Below, piece by piece: positions 10,752 through 20,513 of a stretch of DNA of 64,000 nt; position 1 is the first letter of the stretch, and every line of letters begins with the position of its first letter. A model generated the notes under the pieces. It made no database searches. It worked only from the letters and a program-made list of their open reading frames with translations, and was not told the origin of the DNA. The translations under genes and the position numbers were made by a program. Location of the stretch: the NCBI GenBank assembly GCA_022821685.1, contig JAJEDD010000042.1, positions 35,071 to 99,070 of the forward strand, in the 5' to 3' direction. Source of the DNA: Acidimicrobiia bacterium. Lineage in GTDB: Bacteria; Actinomycetota; Acidimicrobiia; Acidimicrobiales; Aldehydirespiratoraceae.

Positions 10752-12290
10752 ATGACGCGCACAGACCAGACCAAGACCCGCCGACCGAAGTACCAGCCCA
10801 CCGACCGGGAGCGATCAGTCCTCGATCAAGTCGAGAACCCGCGCTACGACCGGCAGATCGTCAACGGCCTTAGTCCGTTCCTCGACGAGGCCGCTCCCGA
10901 CGACATGGCGGGCTTCTACACCCCCTCCGAACTGGCCGCACTCAGCGAGCTCAGAGGCACCGACCGAGACGTCGAGGCCCGGATGCCGGTGAAGATCACC
11001 CGCCACTATTTCGAGATGGCCCGCAACAGCGAGGCCCTCCAGCGGCTGGTGAAGGCCTCGGCCGACGAGACCGACGACCTCGACGGCGATGAGGATCCGG
11101 CCGGGCAGCTCGACTACAGCCCGGTCGAGGGGCTTCTCCACAAGTACGAGATGGCCCTGCTGTACGTGATCTCCACCTGCTCGGCCCACTGCCGGTTCTG
11201 CTACCGCGAGGATCTGATCGCCCGCAAGGACATCGCCCGCTCCGACGGCACCGTCAAGAAGAAGGGCTTGGCCCAGGTCTCCGAGGTGACCGACTACATC
11301 CGGGCCCACAACGCTGCGGTGGCCGCCAACGGGGGCAAGCACCCCGAGACCGGGCGGCCCAAGCTGCGCGAGGTGTTGCTGTCGGGCGGCGATCCGATGG
11401 TGCTGCCCAACTCGAAGCTGGCCGGCTGGTTCACCGCTCTGGCCGAGGCCGGAGCGGAGGCGATCAGGGTCGGCACCAAGGAGTTGGCGTTCCATCCCGA
11501 CCGGTTCGACGAGGCGTTCATGGCCATGCTCGACCGCTTCCACGAGGTCTACCCGGATGTGGCCCTTCGCCTGATGGTGCACTTCAACCATCCCGACGAG
11601 CTGCTGCTCAATGCGAGCGACGGCAGCTATGTCGAAGGCAACAACGGCCAGTACCAGTGGCACCCCGCCGTCCGGCGGGCGGTCAAGGCGGTCACCTCGA
11701 GGGGCTGGATCAGCGTCGAGAACCAGTCGCCCATCATCCGCGGCGTCAACGACGACCCCGACGCCCTCAGGATTCTGCAGCGCACCCTCAAGGCGGCCCG
11801 CATCGAGAACCACTACTTCTTCGGCGGGCGCAACATCGTGGCCTACAAGGCGTTCAACGTGCCGGTCGAGACCGCCTGGCGCATCCTCAACGAGTCGCAG
11901 CAGGGACTGTCGGGCGTGGAGGCCCACGCCCGGCTCACCCTGGTGCACTTCAAGGGCAAGACCGAGGTGGCCACGGTCACCGACGAGCCGATACCGGGCC
12001 TGCCCGGCGCCGAGAACGGGGTGGTGGTGTTCAAGGTGCTCCGCAGTCCGGGCGGCGCCGGCGATCGGGGCAAGACGGCCATCGTCGGGCGCAACCCCGA
12101 GGCTCTGTGGTTCGACGACTACGACGACCGGGTCATCGTGGACGAGGCCGGACTGTTCAACTTCCGCAGGCCACGGCTGCGGATTCCTGTCGTGCGGGAG
12201 GGTGCCGCCCGTCGCACGCCGGCCCAGCGCCACCGCGACGAGGAGATCCACAAGCACCGCACCACCACCAAGCAGAGGCCGAGCAGTTAG
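10752..12290 (+). CDS. KamA-family (lysine 2,3-aminomutase-like) radical SAM protein
   Basis: GLLHKY, CSAHCRFCYR (CxxxCxxC), VLLSGGDP, HFNHPDE, NQSPIIRGVNDD, candidate PLP lysine in KGK. Confidence 0.85.
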   Translation: MTRTDQTKTRRPKYQPTDRERSVLDQVENPRYDRQIVNGLSPFLDEAAPDDMAGFYTPSELAALSELRGTDRDVEARMPVKITRHYFEMARNSEALQRLVKASADETDDLDGDEDPAGQLDYSPVEGLLHKYEMALLYVISTCSAHCRFCYREDLIARKDIARSDGTVKKKGLAQVSEVTDYIRAHNAAVAANGGKHPETGRPKLREVLLSGGDPMVLPNSKLAGWFTALAEAGAEAIRVGTKELAFHPDRFDEAFMAMLDRFHEVYPDVALRLMVHFNHPDELLLNASDGSYVEGNNGQYQWHPAVRRAVKAVTSRGWISVENQSPIIRGVNDDPDALRILQRTLKAARIENHYFFGGRNIVAYKAFNVPVETAWRILNESQQGLSGVEAHARLTLVHFKGKTEVATVTDEPIPGLPGAENGVVVFKVLRSPGGAGDRGKTAIVGRNPEALWFDDYDDRVIVDEAGLFNFRRPRLRIPVVREGAARRTPAQRHRDEEIHKHRTTTKQRPSS

Positions 12291-12311
12291 GTACGCGCTT
12301 CAGCGCTGGGT

Positions 12312-13562
12312 TCAGGCCGGGACCAGTGAGTCGAGGTGGCCGGCCAGGTGTGAGACCAGGTCCCGGCTGTCGTCGGCGGCGCCGCAGATGAAGCTCGACT
12401 TGCGTCGGCGCAGGAAGTTCAACCCGATCACGTACAGGCCCGGCGACTCGGTGACGACTCCGCCGTCGTGGCGGATCTGGCCCTTGTGGTCGAGCACGGG
12501 CACATCGAGCCACGAGTAGTCGGGTTTGAAGCCAGTGGCCCAGATGATGGTGCTGATCTCCCCGCGGGCCAGGTCGAGCTTCAGTGGCGGGGACGGCGGG
12601 ACCCGGATGGGGGCGAACCGCTCCGGTGGCCCGACCTCGTCGAGGCCGCTCGACTCGGCCCACTCGTCGAAGGTGTCGAGCAGCCGGCCCTGCTTGAGGT
12701 CGGCCAGCTCGCACTTGTTGGCCAACGATCCCGACAGCAGCGCCTCCGAGCCCCGCAGTGCTGCCAGCCGCCCCACTAGGCGCACCCCCTGATCGGTGAG
12801 GGCATTGAGGTCGAGCGTCACCCGCTGCGGGGTGCCGACCAGCTGCGGCGACGGGGTGCGGCGCACCCGCACAACGTCGTCCACCTCGTCGTAGCGCTCG
12901 TCGAAGAGGCCGGAGCGCTCCATCCACCACAGCACGTCGCGGCCCCGGTACAGGCGGGGCATGCGCACATGCTCGCCCACCGCCACCGTGACCGGGCGGC
13001 CGGAGCGGTGCACCTCGTCGGCGATCTGCACGCCGGTGGCCGAGGCACCCACCACCAGCACTCCGCCGGGGGCCAGCCTGTCGGGGTTGCGGTACTCGAA
13101 GGCGCTGAGCGAGGCGATTCCCTCCGGCGGCGCGCCCCCCAGCTCCGGGATCTTGGCCACGTTGAAGCCGCCCGAAGCCAGCACCACCGTGTCGCACTCC
13201 CAGCGGCCCCGGTCGGTGTCGACGATGTAGCCCGCGCCCCGCGAGCGCACCGAGGCAACCGTCGTGCCGGTGCAGATCGGGGCATCGATGAGCCGGGCGT
13301 AGTCCGACATAAACCCGACGACCTCGGGCATCGACATGTAGCCGTCAGGGTCGCCGCTGCCGTTGTCGCCGTAGGCATGGCCGGGCAGCCGGCTCTGCCA
13401 GTTGGGGGTGAGCAGCCGCAGCGAGTCCCAGCGCTGGGTCCGCCACGAGTTGGCCACCTCGCCGCGCTCGATCACGACGTGGTCGATGGAGCGCTCGGTG
13501 AGGCGCCGGCTCACGGCCAGGCCGGAGTGCCCGGCCCCCACCACCACAGTCGCAGTCTTCAT
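12312..13562 (-). CDS. Flavin-containing monooxygenase-like NAD(P)/FAD oxidoreductase (CzcO/TrkA-like)
   Basis: GAGHSG, RWDSLRLLTP, VVGASATG, IWATGF motifs. Confidence 0.85.
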   Translation of the reverse strand: MKTATVVVGAGHSGLAVSRRLTERSIDHVVIERGEVANSWRTQRWDSLRLLTPNWQSRLPGHAYGDNGSGDPDGYMSMPEVVGFMSDYARLIDAPICTGTTVASVRSRGAGYIVDTDRGRWECDTVVLASGGFNVAKIPELGGAPPEGIASLSAFEYRNPDRLAPGGVLVVGASATGVQIADEVHRSGRPVTVAVGEHVRMPRLYRGRDVLWWMERSGLFDERYDEVDDVVRVRRTPSPQLVGTPQRVTLDLNALTDQGVRLVGRLAALRGSEALLSGSLANKCELADLKQGRLLDTFDEWAESSGLDEVGPPERFAPIRVPPSPPLKLDLARGEISTIIWATGFKPDYSWLDVPVLDHKGQIRHDGGVVTESPGLYVIGLNFLRRRKSSFICGAADDSRDLVSHLAGHLDSLVPA

Positions 13563-13601
13563 GAGCCCGCCGGGCGCACCCCCACCGCACCGGGTTGGGG
13601 T

Positions 13602-14156
13602 CTAGTTGACCTCGACGGTCACGTTGGTGGGGTTGGTGATGATGTCGTAGACGGCCGATCGCTTCTGCGACTGGGCCACCAGCGCCCTGATCTCCTCCGC
13701 GGTGGCGTCGGCATCGATGTCGTAGGAGACCTTCACGTCGTTGAACCCGTTGCGGACGTCGGGATCGCCGCCGAGGATGCCGAGGATGTCCATGCTGCCC
13801 TCGAGGGTGGCCTTCACCGACCGCAGCTGGATCTCGCGGTTCTGGGCCACCGCGGCCACCCCCGCGGTGAGGCAGCTGGCCAGTCCGGCCAGCACCAGCT
13901 CGACCGGCGTGGCCGCATTGTCCTCCGCGCCGAACACCAGGGGATGGTCGGCCTCGAAGCTGAAGGTCGAGCGATGCTGGTGCTCGGCGCCGAGCCCGTG
14001 GTAGCTGTCGACCGAGGATCGGCTGTGGGTGCCGTTCAGCCACTCGTTGGTGGCCTTCCAGGTGAACTGGGCCGCGTCGCGGGCCTCGGTGAGAGCCTGG
14101 CGGGCCTCCAGCAAATGCTGGACGTTGACACCGTTGTCGGCGGTTTCGGTGGTCAT
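13602..14156 (-). CDS. OsmC-family protein
   Basis: ADHPLVFGAEDNAATPVELVLAGLASCLT; GGAGG upstream of ATG 14156. Confidence 0.88.
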   Translation of the reverse strand: MTTETADNGVNVQHLLEARQALTEARDAAQFTWKATNEWLNGTHSRSSVDSYHGLGAEHQHRSTFSFEADHPLVFGAEDNAATPVELVLAGLASCLTAGVAAVAQNREIQLRSVKATLEGSMDILGILGGDPDVRNGFNDVKVSYDIDADATAEEIRALVAQSQKRSAVYDIITNPTNVTVEVN

Positions 14157-14321
14157 CGGGTTGCTGCCTCCTGTGTGTGCGGGCGGTGGACTGCCAGCGC
14201 AACCAGTTCGGCTTGCGAACCGCAGCTGCGACGGCAACCGTGCAATGTAGAGGCTGCCAGCCCGAATCCCGACTATTCCGATCAGCTTTTATCCGATTAG
14301 ACCGGGCGGGCGGCTTGCGCA

Positions 14322-14420
14322 GAGGCCGAGCGAATAGGCGTGCGAACCCGGCTCATATGGGCGAGGCCGTGGCCCGAGCGGCCCGTGAGCGCAGCGAACA
14401 AGAGCGGGAATGACCCCGCT
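14322..14420 (+). repeat. Dispersed REP-like hairpin repeat with expanded first loop
   Basis: GAGGCCGAGC...GCGAGGCCGTGGCCCGAGCGGCCCGTGAGCGCAGCGAACAAGAGCGGGAATGACCCCGCT. Confidence 0.9.
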
Positions 14421-14421
14421 C

Positions 14422-15315
14422 CTACAGGCGGGGTTCGGGGGGTGGGGGTCCCAGGCGCTCGAACTCGGCCTCGATGTCGGCGGTGGTGAGGGTGTTGGCT
14501 GCGACGCGTCGGCGGCGGTCGGTGGCATCGGCGCTGCGCTGCGCGGCCGAGTAGCGGAAGAACTTGATGGCGATGAGCGTCCACAGATAGAGGCCGCCCA
14601 GTACCTTCATCACCGCGCCGGCGGCCTGCTGGTCGGCCGTCACCGAGATGCCCCACAGCCGCTGGGCGTGGTCGTAGATCGGGTACACCGAGCCCTCGGC
14701 GAAGGTGAGCCAGGCGGCTGGCACGGTGGGCACGATCGACATGGCGAACAGGTACACCATCTTCATCGGCTCCGAGAGGTGCAGCTCCCTCAGCGGGCCC
14801 ACCACCGGCATCCACATGGCCAGCGCGCTGGTGAACATCAGCAGGTGCATGGCGTAGTGGAATCCGCCGCTGCGCACCGACAGCTCCACCAGGGTGCTCC
14901 AGTGCATCAGCCCCTGCAGAGCGTTGAACACCACGCCGGCCACCAGCGGATGCACCAGCCGCCGGATCACCCGAGCGGCCCGGGAGCCTTCCACCAGGAT
15001 GAGCCGGGCCAGCCACTCGGGCACGGCTATCAGCAGCAGCGGCGGCACCACGAAGCTGATGAGCAGGTGCTGCACCATGTGCACCGAGTAGAGGTATTGC
15101 TCGGCGATGTCGTGCATGGGCCAGTCCGCCGAGATCCACAGCAGCATCGCCCCGGCCGCGAAGCAGAGCCGCTGGCGGCGAGTAACCGACTCGCCGGCTG
15201 CGGGCGCCACCACCCGGACCACGTAGAAGCCGAGACCCGCCACCGCGGCCACCATCAGCCACGCCTCGGGATGGAATTGGAAGCGCCAGGCGTCGGCGGC
15301 AGCCAGCGCGCCCAC
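14422..15315 (-). CDS. ctaG: Cytochrome c oxidase assembly protein (caa3 CtaG family)
   Basis: YLYSVHMVQHLL...PPLLL, DQQAAGAVMK motifs; last gene of the oxidase cluster. Confidence 0.88.
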   Translation of the reverse strand: MGALAAADAWRFQFHPEAWLMVAAVAGLGFYVVRVVAPAAGESVTRRQRLCFAAGAMLLWISADWPMHDIAEQYLYSVHMVQHLLISFVVPPLLLIAVPEWLARLILVEGSRAARVIRRLVHPLVAGVVFNALQGLMHWSTLVELSVRSGGFHYAMHLLMFTSALAMWMPVVGPLRELHLSEPMKMVYLFAMSIVPTVPAAWLTFAEGSVYPIYDHAQRLWGISVTADQQAAGAVMKVLGGLYLWTLIAIKFFRYSAAQRSADATDRRRRVAANTLTTADIEAEFERLGPPPPEPRL

Positions 15316-15378
15316 GCTCGGCCCCAGGCTCAGAACGCCCGCGGGGGCGCGGTGCAGCCTTGCCCCGTGCCCTGGAAG

Positions 15379-15410
15379 TTCCCGCTCACCTTCGCTTCGC
15401 TCGCGGGCCG
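15379..15410 (-). repeat. Dispersed repeat, 3' half only
   Basis: Reverse complement CGGCCCGCGAGCGAAGCGAAGGTGAGCGGGAA. Confidence 0.75.
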
Positions 15411-15411
15411 A

Positions 15412-15762
15412 TCAGGCCCAGAACTCGAAGACGGTCAGCGTCACCACGTACACACCGACCGCGAGGACCAGCCCCGCGGTGAACATCCGGCCGAATAGCT
15501 TGCTGTCGAAGCGCAGGTGCATGAACCAGGTGGCCACCAAATAGAACTTGACCACCATCATGAAGATCAGCGAGGGCACCAGCGCCACGCCCCAGTCGAG
15601 CACCGTCTCGAAATAGGTGAACACCTCCAGGGCGGTGATCACGGCCAGAACTACCGCGATCTTGACGTAGGCCCAGTCCGAGGGATGGGAGTGGCCCTCG
15701 TCGTGCTCGGCAGTCTCGTCAGCCGCGGGCTCGGAGTGCTCGGTGACAGTCGTGTCGCTCAT
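15412..15762 (-). CDS. Prokaryotic cytochrome c oxidase subunit IV
   Basis: LAVITALEV, KFYLVATWFMHLRFD; 3 TM helices. Confidence 0.85.
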   Translation of the reverse strand: MSDTTVTEHSEPAADETAEHDEGHSHPSDWAYVKIAVVLAVITALEVFTYFETVLDWGVALVPSLIFMMVVKFYLVATWFMHLRFDSKLFGRMFTAGLVLAVGVYVVTLTVFEFWA

Positions 15763-15766
15763 GGTC

Positions 15767-16378
15767 CTAGTCCGCGGGGATCAGGTAGATGACGGTGAAG
15801 ATGAAGATCCACACTATGTCCACGAAGTGCCAATAGAGGCCGACGATCTCCACCGTCTCGGAATTGCGCTGGGTGAGCTTGCCCTTCACCGATGCCACGA
15901 ACAGCGACATCAGCATCACGATGCCGAGGCTCACATGCACTCCGTGGAAGCCGGTCAGGGTGAAGAAGGCGCTGCTGGCCGGGTTGGTGGTGAACGCCAC
16001 GCCCTCACGGACGAAGCTGGTGAACTCGTACACCTGCCCGCCGATGAACACGCCGCCCAGCAGGGCGGTGGCCAGCAGCCAAGTGCGGCCCGCCTCCTCC
16101 TCGCCCCGGGACACCGCGGAGAGGGCCAGCACCATGGTGAGCGAGCTCATCAACAGCACGAATGAGCTCACCGACGTGAACGGGATGTCGAACACGTCGG
16201 TGGGCAGCGTTCGGTTGTTGCCCCGGGTCTTGTACAGCAGGTAGGTGGAGATCAGCCCGCCGAAGAGCAGGCACTCCGAGCCCAGGAACACCCACATGGC
16301 CAGCTTGGTGTGCGACAGGCCGGTGGTGGTGGCGTGCTCGTCGTGACCGTGATCGGCGACCACAGCTTCGGCGCTCAT
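15767..16378 (-). CDS. ctaE: Cytochrome c oxidase subunit III
   Basis: MWVFLGSECLLF, LTGFHGVHV, GLYWHFVDIVWIFIF. Confidence 0.93.
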   Translation of the reverse strand: MSAEAVVADHGHDEHATTTGLSHTKLAMWVFLGSECLLFGGLISTYLLYKTRGNNRTLPTDVFDIPFTSVSSFVLLMSSLTMVLALSAVSRGEEEAGRTWLLATALLGGVFIGGQVYEFTSFVREGVAFTTNPASSAFFTLTGFHGVHVSLGIVMLMSLFVASVKGKLTQRNSETVEIVGLYWHFVDIVWIFIFTVIYLIPAD

Positions 16379-16487
16379 GGCTGGGCTCCCCGGCCGGCGG
16401 GTCCTGTCACGGGCGCGGCCTGGCGGCGCGAGCGCCGCCATTCCTTGCCCCCGTGCCACCCCCCGGCCTCGCCGGTTGCGCCAGCGC

Positions 16488-18473
16488 TCATTGCTCATCT
16501 CCGTCGTTGTCGGCCTCTTGGGCTTCTTGGTGATCTTCTTCGTGGTGGTCGTGGGCGGCGTCGGGGTCGTCCACCGGTTCCAGCGCCCACGAATAGAGCG
16601 AGGCGATCGTCAACAGGGCGCCGATCAGGGCCAGCCAGAGGTTGAAGATCAGGCCGTAGCCGATCAGCGGCAGGCCCACCGCCACCGCCAGCGGCCAGAA
16701 CGACGGCGAAGGCAGGTGCACGCCGGTCGCCTCGCCGGTCTGGGCGGCCTCCTCCACAGTGGCGACCCGCACCACCCTGCCGTCGTCGTCCTCCGCGTAC
16801 TTGGTGTGCCACCAGTCGTCGCGGCTGTGCACCTGCGGGACGGTGTCGAAGTTGTGGGTCGGCACCGGCGACGGGATCGACCACTCGAGAGTGCGGCCGT
16901 CCCAGGGATCCGGCCCCGGCGGCGGCAGATGGGGGGCGTCGCGCTTGGACTTCACCACGTTCCAGATGAAGATCAACACCGCCACCGCGATCAGCAGCGA
17001 TCCCACGGTGGCCGCCATGTTCCAGAACTCGAAGCCGTATCCCCGGGCGTAGGTGTCGATGCGGCGAGACATGCCCTGCAGGCCCAGGATGTGCATCGGG
17101 CCGAAGGTGAGGTTGAAGCCCACCAGCATCACCCAGAAATGCCAGTTGCCGAGCCGCTCGTTGAGGAAATGCCCCCAAATCTTGGGCCACCAGAAGTACA
17201 TGCCGGCGAACAGGCCGAGCACGCCGCCGCCGAAGATCACATAGTGGAAGTGGGCCACGATGTAGTAGGTGTCGGTCTGCTGGGTGTCGGCCGGCGCCAC
17301 CGAGTGGGTCACGCCCGACAGCCCGCCGATGGTGAACATGGCCACCGTGGCCACCGCGAACTTCATGGCCACCGTGAATTTGAGCTTCCCGCCCCACATC
17401 GTGGCCAGCCAATTGAGGACTTTCACCCCCGTCGGCACCGCGATGAACATGGTCGACAACGAGAAGGCGGCCACCGAGATGGGGCCTATGCCCGACACGA
17501 ACATGTGGTGGGCCCACACCCCCCAGCCCATGAAGCCGATGGCGATGCCGGAGAACACCATGAACTCGTAGCCGAACAGGGGCTTGCGGCTGAAGGTGGG
17601 GATCACCTCCGACACCACCCCGAAGGCGGGCAGGATGATGATGTACACCTCGGGGTGGCCGAAGATCCAGAACAGGTGCTGCCACAGCAGCGGGTCGGCC
17701 CCGGCGTCGGGGTTGAAGAACTGGGCGTCGAAGAGCCGGTCGAACATCAGCAGGAACAGCGCCACCGTGATGACCGGCAGCGCGAACAGCAGCAGGAACT
17801 GGGTGATCAGCAGCATCCAGGTCATCACCGGCATCCGCATCAGCGTCATGCCCGGCGCCCGCATGTTGAGGCAGGTGACGATCAGGTTCACCGACGACAC
17901 CAGCGAGGCGATGCCCAGGATCTGCAGGCCGATGGCGTAGAAGTCCACGCCGTGGCTGGGCGAGAAGGCCACCCCGCTGTTGGTGGAGTAGCAGAACCAG
18001 CCGCAGTCGGCCCCGCCGCCGCCCACGATCCACGAGGTGTTCAAGAAGATGGCGCCCGACAGCCAGATCCAGAACGACAGCGCGTTGAGGCGGGGGAAGG
18101 CCACGTCCCGGGCCCCTATCTGCAAGGGGATGAAGTAGTTCGCGAAGGCGGCGGCCAGCGGCATGATGAACAGGAACACCATGGTCACGCCGTGCATGGT
18201 GTACACCTGGTTGTAGACGTCGGCGCTGAGCACCGAGCCCTCCGGCGCGGCGAGCTGCAGGCGGATCAGCAGCGCTTCCACCCCGCCCACCAAAAAGAAG
18301 AACATGGCCGAGGCGCCGTAGAGGATGCCGATGCGCTTGTGGTCGACCGTGCTGAGCCAGTCGCGCCAGCCCCGGCCCTCCTGGGGGCGGGTGAACACGC
18401 CGAGGGGCCGCTGGGCATAGCGGGCGGTGTCGCCGGGGCCGATCTCGAGCGGCGTGTGCTCAGTTATGGCCAT
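16488..18473 (-). CDS. ctaD: Cytochrome c oxidase subunit I (A1 type)
   Basis: All six His ligands present: TMHG, GHPEVY, WAHHM, AHFHY; D-channel ARDVAFPR; K-channel PTGVK; GMSRR. Confidence 0.97.
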   Translation of the reverse strand: MAITEHTPLEIGPGDTARYAQRPLGVFTRPQEGRGWRDWLSTVDHKRIGILYGASAMFFFLVGGVEALLIRLQLAAPEGSVLSADVYNQVYTMHGVTMVFLFIMPLAAAFANYFIPLQIGARDVAFPRLNALSFWIWLSGAIFLNTSWIVGGGGADCGWFCYSTNSGVAFSPSHGVDFYAIGLQILGIASLVSSVNLIVTCLNMRAPGMTLMRMPVMTWMLLITQFLLLFALPVITVALFLLMFDRLFDAQFFNPDAGADPLLWQHLFWIFGHPEVYIIILPAFGVVSEVIPTFSRKPLFGYEFMVFSGIAIGFMGWGVWAHHMFVSGIGPISVAAFSLSTMFIAVPTGVKVLNWLATMWGGKLKFTVAMKFAVATVAMFTIGGLSGVTHSVAPADTQQTDTYYIVAHFHYVIFGGGVLGLFAGMYFWWPKIWGHFLNERLGNWHFWVMLVGFNLTFGPMHILGLQGMSRRIDTYARGYGFEFWNMAATVGSLLIAVAVLIFIWNVVKSKRDAPHLPPPGPDPWDGRTLEWSIPSPVPTHNFDTVPQVHSRDDWWHTKYAEDDDGRVVRVATVEEAAQTGEATGVHLPSPSFWPLAVAVGLPLIGYGLIFNLWLALIGALLTIASLYSWALEPVDDPDAAHDHHEEDHQEAQEADNDGDEQ

Positions 18474-18474
18474 G

Positions 18475-19713
18475 TCAGTCCACCTGGGTCGCTTCGATTA
18501 TCCAGCCCGCGGGCTTGGCGCCCAGACCTGAAAGGTAGGCCACCAGATCGTCGATCTGCTGCTCGCTCAAGTCGAGGTCGGGCATGCCCCGGTACTGCTC
18601 TCCGGGCACGGTGTAGTTGGCCTTGACGGCGCCGGGATCGCGCAGCCACGCTTCCAGGTCGGGGCGGTTGAGCGATCCGTCGGCGTTGTAGGTGTCGAGG
18701 ATCCCGCCCGCAAACGTGCTGCGCTCCGCGAAATGGGTCAGGTTCGGCGCGGCCCCCGAGGCCTGGTCGGCGCTCTCGAACACGTCGTCGTTGAGTCCCT
18801 CCACGACGTGGCAGGAGGTGCAGATGCCCGCGAACACCTCCATGCCCGCCAGCGCGTCGGCCGCGGTCGGCTCGGCCGCGTCGGCGCTGGTGCGGTCCAC
18901 CCAGGCCTGGAAGTCGGCCGGGGTGAGCGCCACCGTCTGCATTCTCATGCGGGAGTGCGACAGGCCGCAGAACTCGGTGCACTGCCCGAAGTAGACGCCG
19001 GGGTCCGATGCCTCGATCTTCCAGGGGGAGAAGCGGTTGGGGACGGCGTCGCGCTTGCCGTTGAGCGCCGGGATCCAAAACGAGTGGATCACGTCGCGCG
19101 ACGTGAGGATCAGCTCGACCTCCTCGCCGGTGGGGATCACCATCTGCCCCGATGTGACGATGTCGGCGGGGGGCAGCGTCTTGGCGTCGCCGTGGGCCCG
19201 CAGGTCGGCCAGGTCGACCTGGTCGGAGAAGTAGTAGCGGAACTCCCACCACCACTGGTTGCCCACCACCACCACCGTCGGCGCCCAGGAGACACTGCGG
19301 TCGTCGACGCTGACCGTCATGGTGTTGTCCTCGGTGGCGTCCACGGTGGGCAGCGACCACAGCATGATGCCCGCCACCGCGGTCATGGTCACGAAGAACC
19401 CGACGGTCCAGCCGACCTCCAGCGGGACGTGGCCGTGGGTCTGCGCGGGCCAGTCGTCGTCGCCGTCGTAGGTCCTCACCCGGTTCTTCCAGATGAGCCA
19501 GACCATGGCGATGGTGATTCCCACGAACACCACCGCCGCGATCCAGAACACCGGCAGCACGCCCCGGCTGTGCAGCTCCCTGGCGATCGGGCCCTGTGGC
19601 GCGAACGTGTCGAGCTCCGCGTCGGACGCGCAGCCGGCCACCGTCGCCGCGCCCAACAGCAGCAGCGCCCAGATGACGGCGCGGCGCCAAGCGGTCACCG
19701 GTGTCTCAGCCAC
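18475..19713 (-). CDS. ctaC: Cytochrome c oxidase subunit II with fused cytochrome c (caa3 type)
   Basis: QWWW, DVIHSFW, CuA motif CTEFCGLSHSRM, C-terminal CTSCH; GTG start overlaps upstream stop. Confidence 0.93.
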   Translation of the reverse strand: MAETPVTAWRRAVIWALLLLGAATVAGCASDAELDTFAPQGPIARELHSRGVLPVFWIAAVVFVGITIAMVWLIWKNRVRTYDGDDDWPAQTHGHVPLEVGWTVGFFVTMTAVAGIMLWSLPTVDATEDNTMTVSVDDRSVSWAPTVVVVGNQWWWEFRYYFSDQVDLADLRAHGDAKTLPPADIVTSGQMVIPTGEEVELILTSRDVIHSFWIPALNGKRDAVPNRFSPWKIEASDPGVYFGQCTEFCGLSHSRMRMQTVALTPADFQAWVDRTSADAAEPTAADALAGMEVFAGICTSCHVVEGLNDDVFESADQASGAAPNLTHFAERSTFAGGILDTYNADGSLNRPDLEAWLRDPGAVKANYTVPGEQYRGMPDLDLSEQQIDDLVAYLSGLGAKPAGWIIEATQVD

Positions 19714-20503
19714 CGTGGTCACCGCCTGCGGGCTCGCCGGACTCTTCGTGGTGGGTCTCGTCATGGTGGTGGAAGTCGCGCTCGCCCGCCACCGCGGCCA
19801 GCACCCCGCCCGCCAACAGCAACAGCGCGGCGACCACCCCACCGACGCGCACCAGGCGGCGGCCGATTCCGGGGCGGGCCACGTACAGCCAGGCGCCGCC
19901 CAGGATGAGGGCCGACACCACGCCGGCCACGGTCACCGCCTCCAGCTGCGACACCGTCAGCAGGATCCGCGACGCGGCCAGCACCACCACGCCCACGGCC
20001 AGCGCGCCGATCACGGGAATCTCAATTGGGGCCATGATCCGGTTGCGCAGCTCGCGGTTGGCCGAGGTGTCACCGGTAGCCCGATCGGCCCAGGCGTCCA
20101 TGGTCCACTCCACCAGCGACAGCACGATCAGGGCCAAGCCGAGCACGAACACCGCGGGATGCAGCACCAGCCCCAGCGCGGCCGCACCCACCCCGAAGGA
20201 GGCCACCACCGGCCAGAAGCTGGCCGCCACCGGCTGGTCGTTCATGACTTCGGACAGGCCCTGCAGACGGGCCTGGGCCGCCGCGTCGGCGTCCCGGAAC
20301 GACACCAGCACCAGGCTGATGGTCAGCGAGGCCGCCGCCAGCGCCACCAGCAGCCCGTAGCCGATGTGGTCGCCGACGCCGCCCTTCCATCCCAGCGACA
20401 GGGGTCCGACGTGGTCGCCGCCGGTGGTGTAGCCGTAGACGAGCGCGGCGGCGCAGAAGGCGGCGGACAGTCCGAAGAAGAACTTGAATCCGGTGGTGAA
20501 CAT
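19706..20503 (-). CDS. Membrane protein in oxidase operon, CtaF-like / subunit I C-terminal-helix-like
   Basis: About 7 TM segments; ASFWPVVASFG resembles PSFWPLAVAVG in this CtaD and actinobacterial CtaF; His-rich C-terminal tail. Confidence 0.55.
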   Translation of the reverse strand: MFTTGFKFFFGLSAAFCAAALVYGYTTGGDHVGPLSLGWKGGVGDHIGYGLLVALAAASLTISLVLVSFRDADAAAQARLQGLSEVMNDQPVAASFWPVVASFGVGAAALGLVLHPAVFVLGLALIVLSLVEWTMDAWADRATGDTSANRELRNRIMAPIEIPVIGALAVGVVVLAASRILLTVSQLEAVTVAGVVSALILGGAWLYVARPGIGRRLVRVGGVVAALLLLAGGVLAAVAGERDFHHHDETHHEESGEPAGGDHGG

Positions 20504-20513
20504 GCTCTGCGCC

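Noticed and set aside
10636-10755. 39-aa uORF (MMAAPHSTPETAP...) ending on the radical SAM start, as a RiPP precursor or leader peptide
   Set aside because: Its ATG lies inside the predicted -10 box, the enzyme is KamA-type rather than a SPASM/RiPP maturase, and one-sided ATGA overlap arises trivially
16377-18626. Long antisense or alternate-frame ORFs (also e.g. 7563-9542, 39115-41367, 48995-51055, 55805-58018)
   Set aside because: Shadow ORFs expected at high GC; they overlap well-supported genes and show no recognisable motifs
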